Notes under the pieces: model-generated
What the model saw: only the letters and a program-made list of their open reading frames with translations
Database searches by the model: none
What the model was told of the DNA's origin: nothing
NCBI RefSeq assembly: GCF_037042905.1
Contig: NC_087249.1
Location: forward strand, 28,086,001-28,150,000
Direction of reading: 5' to 3'
DNA from: Lytechinus pictus
Lineage: Eukaryota
DNA length: 64,000 nt
Part shown: in pieces, positions 61,408 to 64,000 of the stretch
Layout of the letters: each line of letters starts with the position of its first letter
Position numbering within the stretch: the first letter of the stretch is position 1
Position numbers and translations under genes: made by a program

Positions 61408-64000
61408 GCCTGAAAAAAAATGTTTGACTAAGGCGATTATTTGACTTTAAGTCAACTTATGCAGACTATACTGTCCACCAAAGTAATCTATAAATTTCAC
61501 ACACAAGAATTATGCTAATTTTACAATCACTCTAATTGTTAAATATATTTTGGGGCTCATTCTAGTTATTCTTCACAAAAATATGACTTCATTAATGTGT
61601 GCTAGGGAAGTTTGAATAAGGAAAAGACAGACTTCCACCCAGGCTTCCTGCTATCGCAGATTTGAAATGAAAAATGAATCAGAAAAAACTCTTGGAACTA
61701 GCTGGATTTTACCCCGTTTGCTGTCCAGCAAGTAGTAAATGAAAGTTTCAGATTCCGCTGATTCCAAGATTTTTTTCAGAATTATTTTTTTCAGTTCGAA
61801 CATGCGATCTTATTAACTGGACACATTTCATAAATATCTTTAAGTATGTTTAAAGCTTTGGTAATGATAATAATGTGAATTACACAAGACTATAATTCTA
61901 GCATTCCTATCTCATAAAAGTGTATTGACTGTTGATCAGATTTAGATTATTTTCTCTGCAAAGTTCCTATTTTTGCTAAATAAAGGCTTTTTGAGTATTC
62001 TCACAAATTTAGTGATTGTAAATAGCTATTGCATCCTGACGTTTTTTTTTTTTTTTGTATTTTAATACTAAAGAGAAAACATGAAATTCCTTTCATTGTC
62101 CACACTTTTATAAATACAAGAGACAAGATATTTTAATTGTTAAATTTACAAACAAATGATATTGAATGTTTGAACATGTTTTTCAAACAACATGTGTTTT
62201 ATAACATACTTTTAAATTTCATCTGAAAATGTTTTCAAAGTTTGAAAATGAATGATCTTCAGAGTTACCAAAGCTTCAAATAAGTTTTGAAACAGGTATT
62301 GCTTGATCCCAAAATTTATGTGGATAAAGTTGATGCATCTTCCATAAATAATTTTTTTTCTAGTACTTGTTGAAGTAGTACTACATGTAGTATGCTTATT
62401 AATTTTAAATATCTTTAAATAAGATATATATCACTCCTGTCAATGTTGCTGAATAGGTAGGATAAAAATAAAGATTGATTAAAAAAAATGCAAGGAAAAT
62501 ACATCTACTGATTCATTTTTTAATACATAGAATATGCCCCAAGCATGGGATCATGACAAGCTTTGATTTCTCAGTTAAAACCTAAATCTCATAATATTGT
62601 CCAATACTCTTCTATGTTCCAATATATGAGGTATGCTATACATTATTACTCTCTTAATTGGTTTCACAAGTTCCAAACCTGAGATGTAGAAAAAATAGTT
62701 CTGCAGACAAAATACAACACACTATACTATCACACAAACACAAACCTTAATTACAATATAAATCTATCTGTATTCACATATATTTACATTTTGATTTTTC
62801 ACAGAAACATAACAAAAATTTGGAGAAAAGAAACATTCCTCAATTAAGTTTTAATTTTGTGTCATTCCATTCAAAGGCAAAACATTTTGAATGAACGGTT
62901 CTACTTCTTTTGAATACATTCTTAAACGTAAGAGCTGTCATATCATATTGAGTTAAACGAAGATTGAAAGTTGTTTAAAGAAAGATATTGTAGTTTGACA
63001 AAGTAACAATATCAAATCAATATCACTCACACCAAAAATTTACAACTTAGTGGTATTAGATAAAATTTGCATAACTCCAAAAGTATGGGGAAAGAGGTAT
63101 TTATTCTATACTTGTATATCAAAGCAGGCAACATTGAATCAAATGTATTCTTCAAAACAATGAGATATCCCAGCAAGGGCATTTTAGCCTCTGAAATGTC
63201 CAAAATACTCCCAGTAATTTCAGAAAAATGACCCATGAATTAGAAATAGGTTCAAATACACACAGTAATTTGGAATGAATAAAAACGTGCAAAGTAGCCT
63301 CTATATCGAGATTCAACCCCTCCCCTTGAAATATGGACACCTATGCATGGAGACATGGACACATTGGACACAAAACTGTCAGGAATCTGAATGCAAATAA
63401 AGCATAATCACGCAGGCAAATATTTTCAAATCTGGTTATATAACAAAGCCAAGGTCTATTAAAGTTTGTCTTATACTTCTGTAAAGTAAAAAAAAATTAT
63501 TGTGGTTATTCCCAGCCTGTTCCAATAGATGGAGTGTCAAATAAGCTCATCTTGCAGATGACACCTCCCTTGTAGAATAAATGTACTTGCCCAGTGCCGA
63601 CGATTTTTTGAATTTTGAAGAAAAAAAAGCTTTCAAACTTCCATGTAATCAGACTAATGGGGTCTCAACTCTCAAGAACAAGAAATAGGTCAGTTTAACA
63701 CCATTTTGTAGGCTCTAAAGGGAGAATATCTCTCTCAAATAGTTTGAAATATCTACCATTATCACCCGTATCAGACATCTGAGCTGGTCATTTACAAAAC
63801 CGTATTTCCCTGTATTTTATTATCATCAGGAAGGGATAGGTATATTGTTTGTATTTTCCTCGGTCTCAATGCGCGTATTGACTTTGCATGCAGAGACGAC
63901 GCAAAATATACCTTTGTATTTTCCCTGGTCTCACATCCGGGCCTTTGAGGATGCGAATGAAGTGATACGCTTCATAATGTTCCGCGCACCAACGATCTAC

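Noticed and set aside
60200-64000. AT-rich region that might be the 3' UTR of a further - strand gene
   Set aside because: Only compositional hints; no exon or ORF support within the window.

Overview
This is eukaryotic, intron-rich and repeat-rich genomic DNA. It is probably an invertebrate deuterostome such as a sea urchin, inferred only from protein similarity and repeat style. Two convergent (tail-to-tail) genes are present. On the + strand are the last six coding exons of a CEP120 orthologue (273-7037). On the - strand is a complete 31-coding-exon YTHDC2-family RNA helicase gene (ATG 50015 to TAG 17166; 4173 nt, 1390 aa by manual splicing, all GT-AG and phase-consistent). It has R3H, DExH, ankyrin insert, helicase C, HA2 and OB regions. 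The most notable point is that this YTHDC2 has no YTH (m6A-reader) domain. Its last four exons instead encode an RGG/SP low-complexity tail ending in a PAM2-like motif ([12 protein letters not shown]) and a GYF-ligand-type motif (PPPGF). Introns and intergenic DNA hold many non-autonomous transposons (hAT-, piggyBac-, Kolobok-, Tc1/mariner- and Harbinger-like MITEs, DINE-1/HINE-like elements, tRNA-derived SINEs, two truncated LINEs). They also hold a five-element nested insertion, tandem arrays, a duplicated putative promoter region and a 247-nt N gap. All calls were made by eye without database searches.
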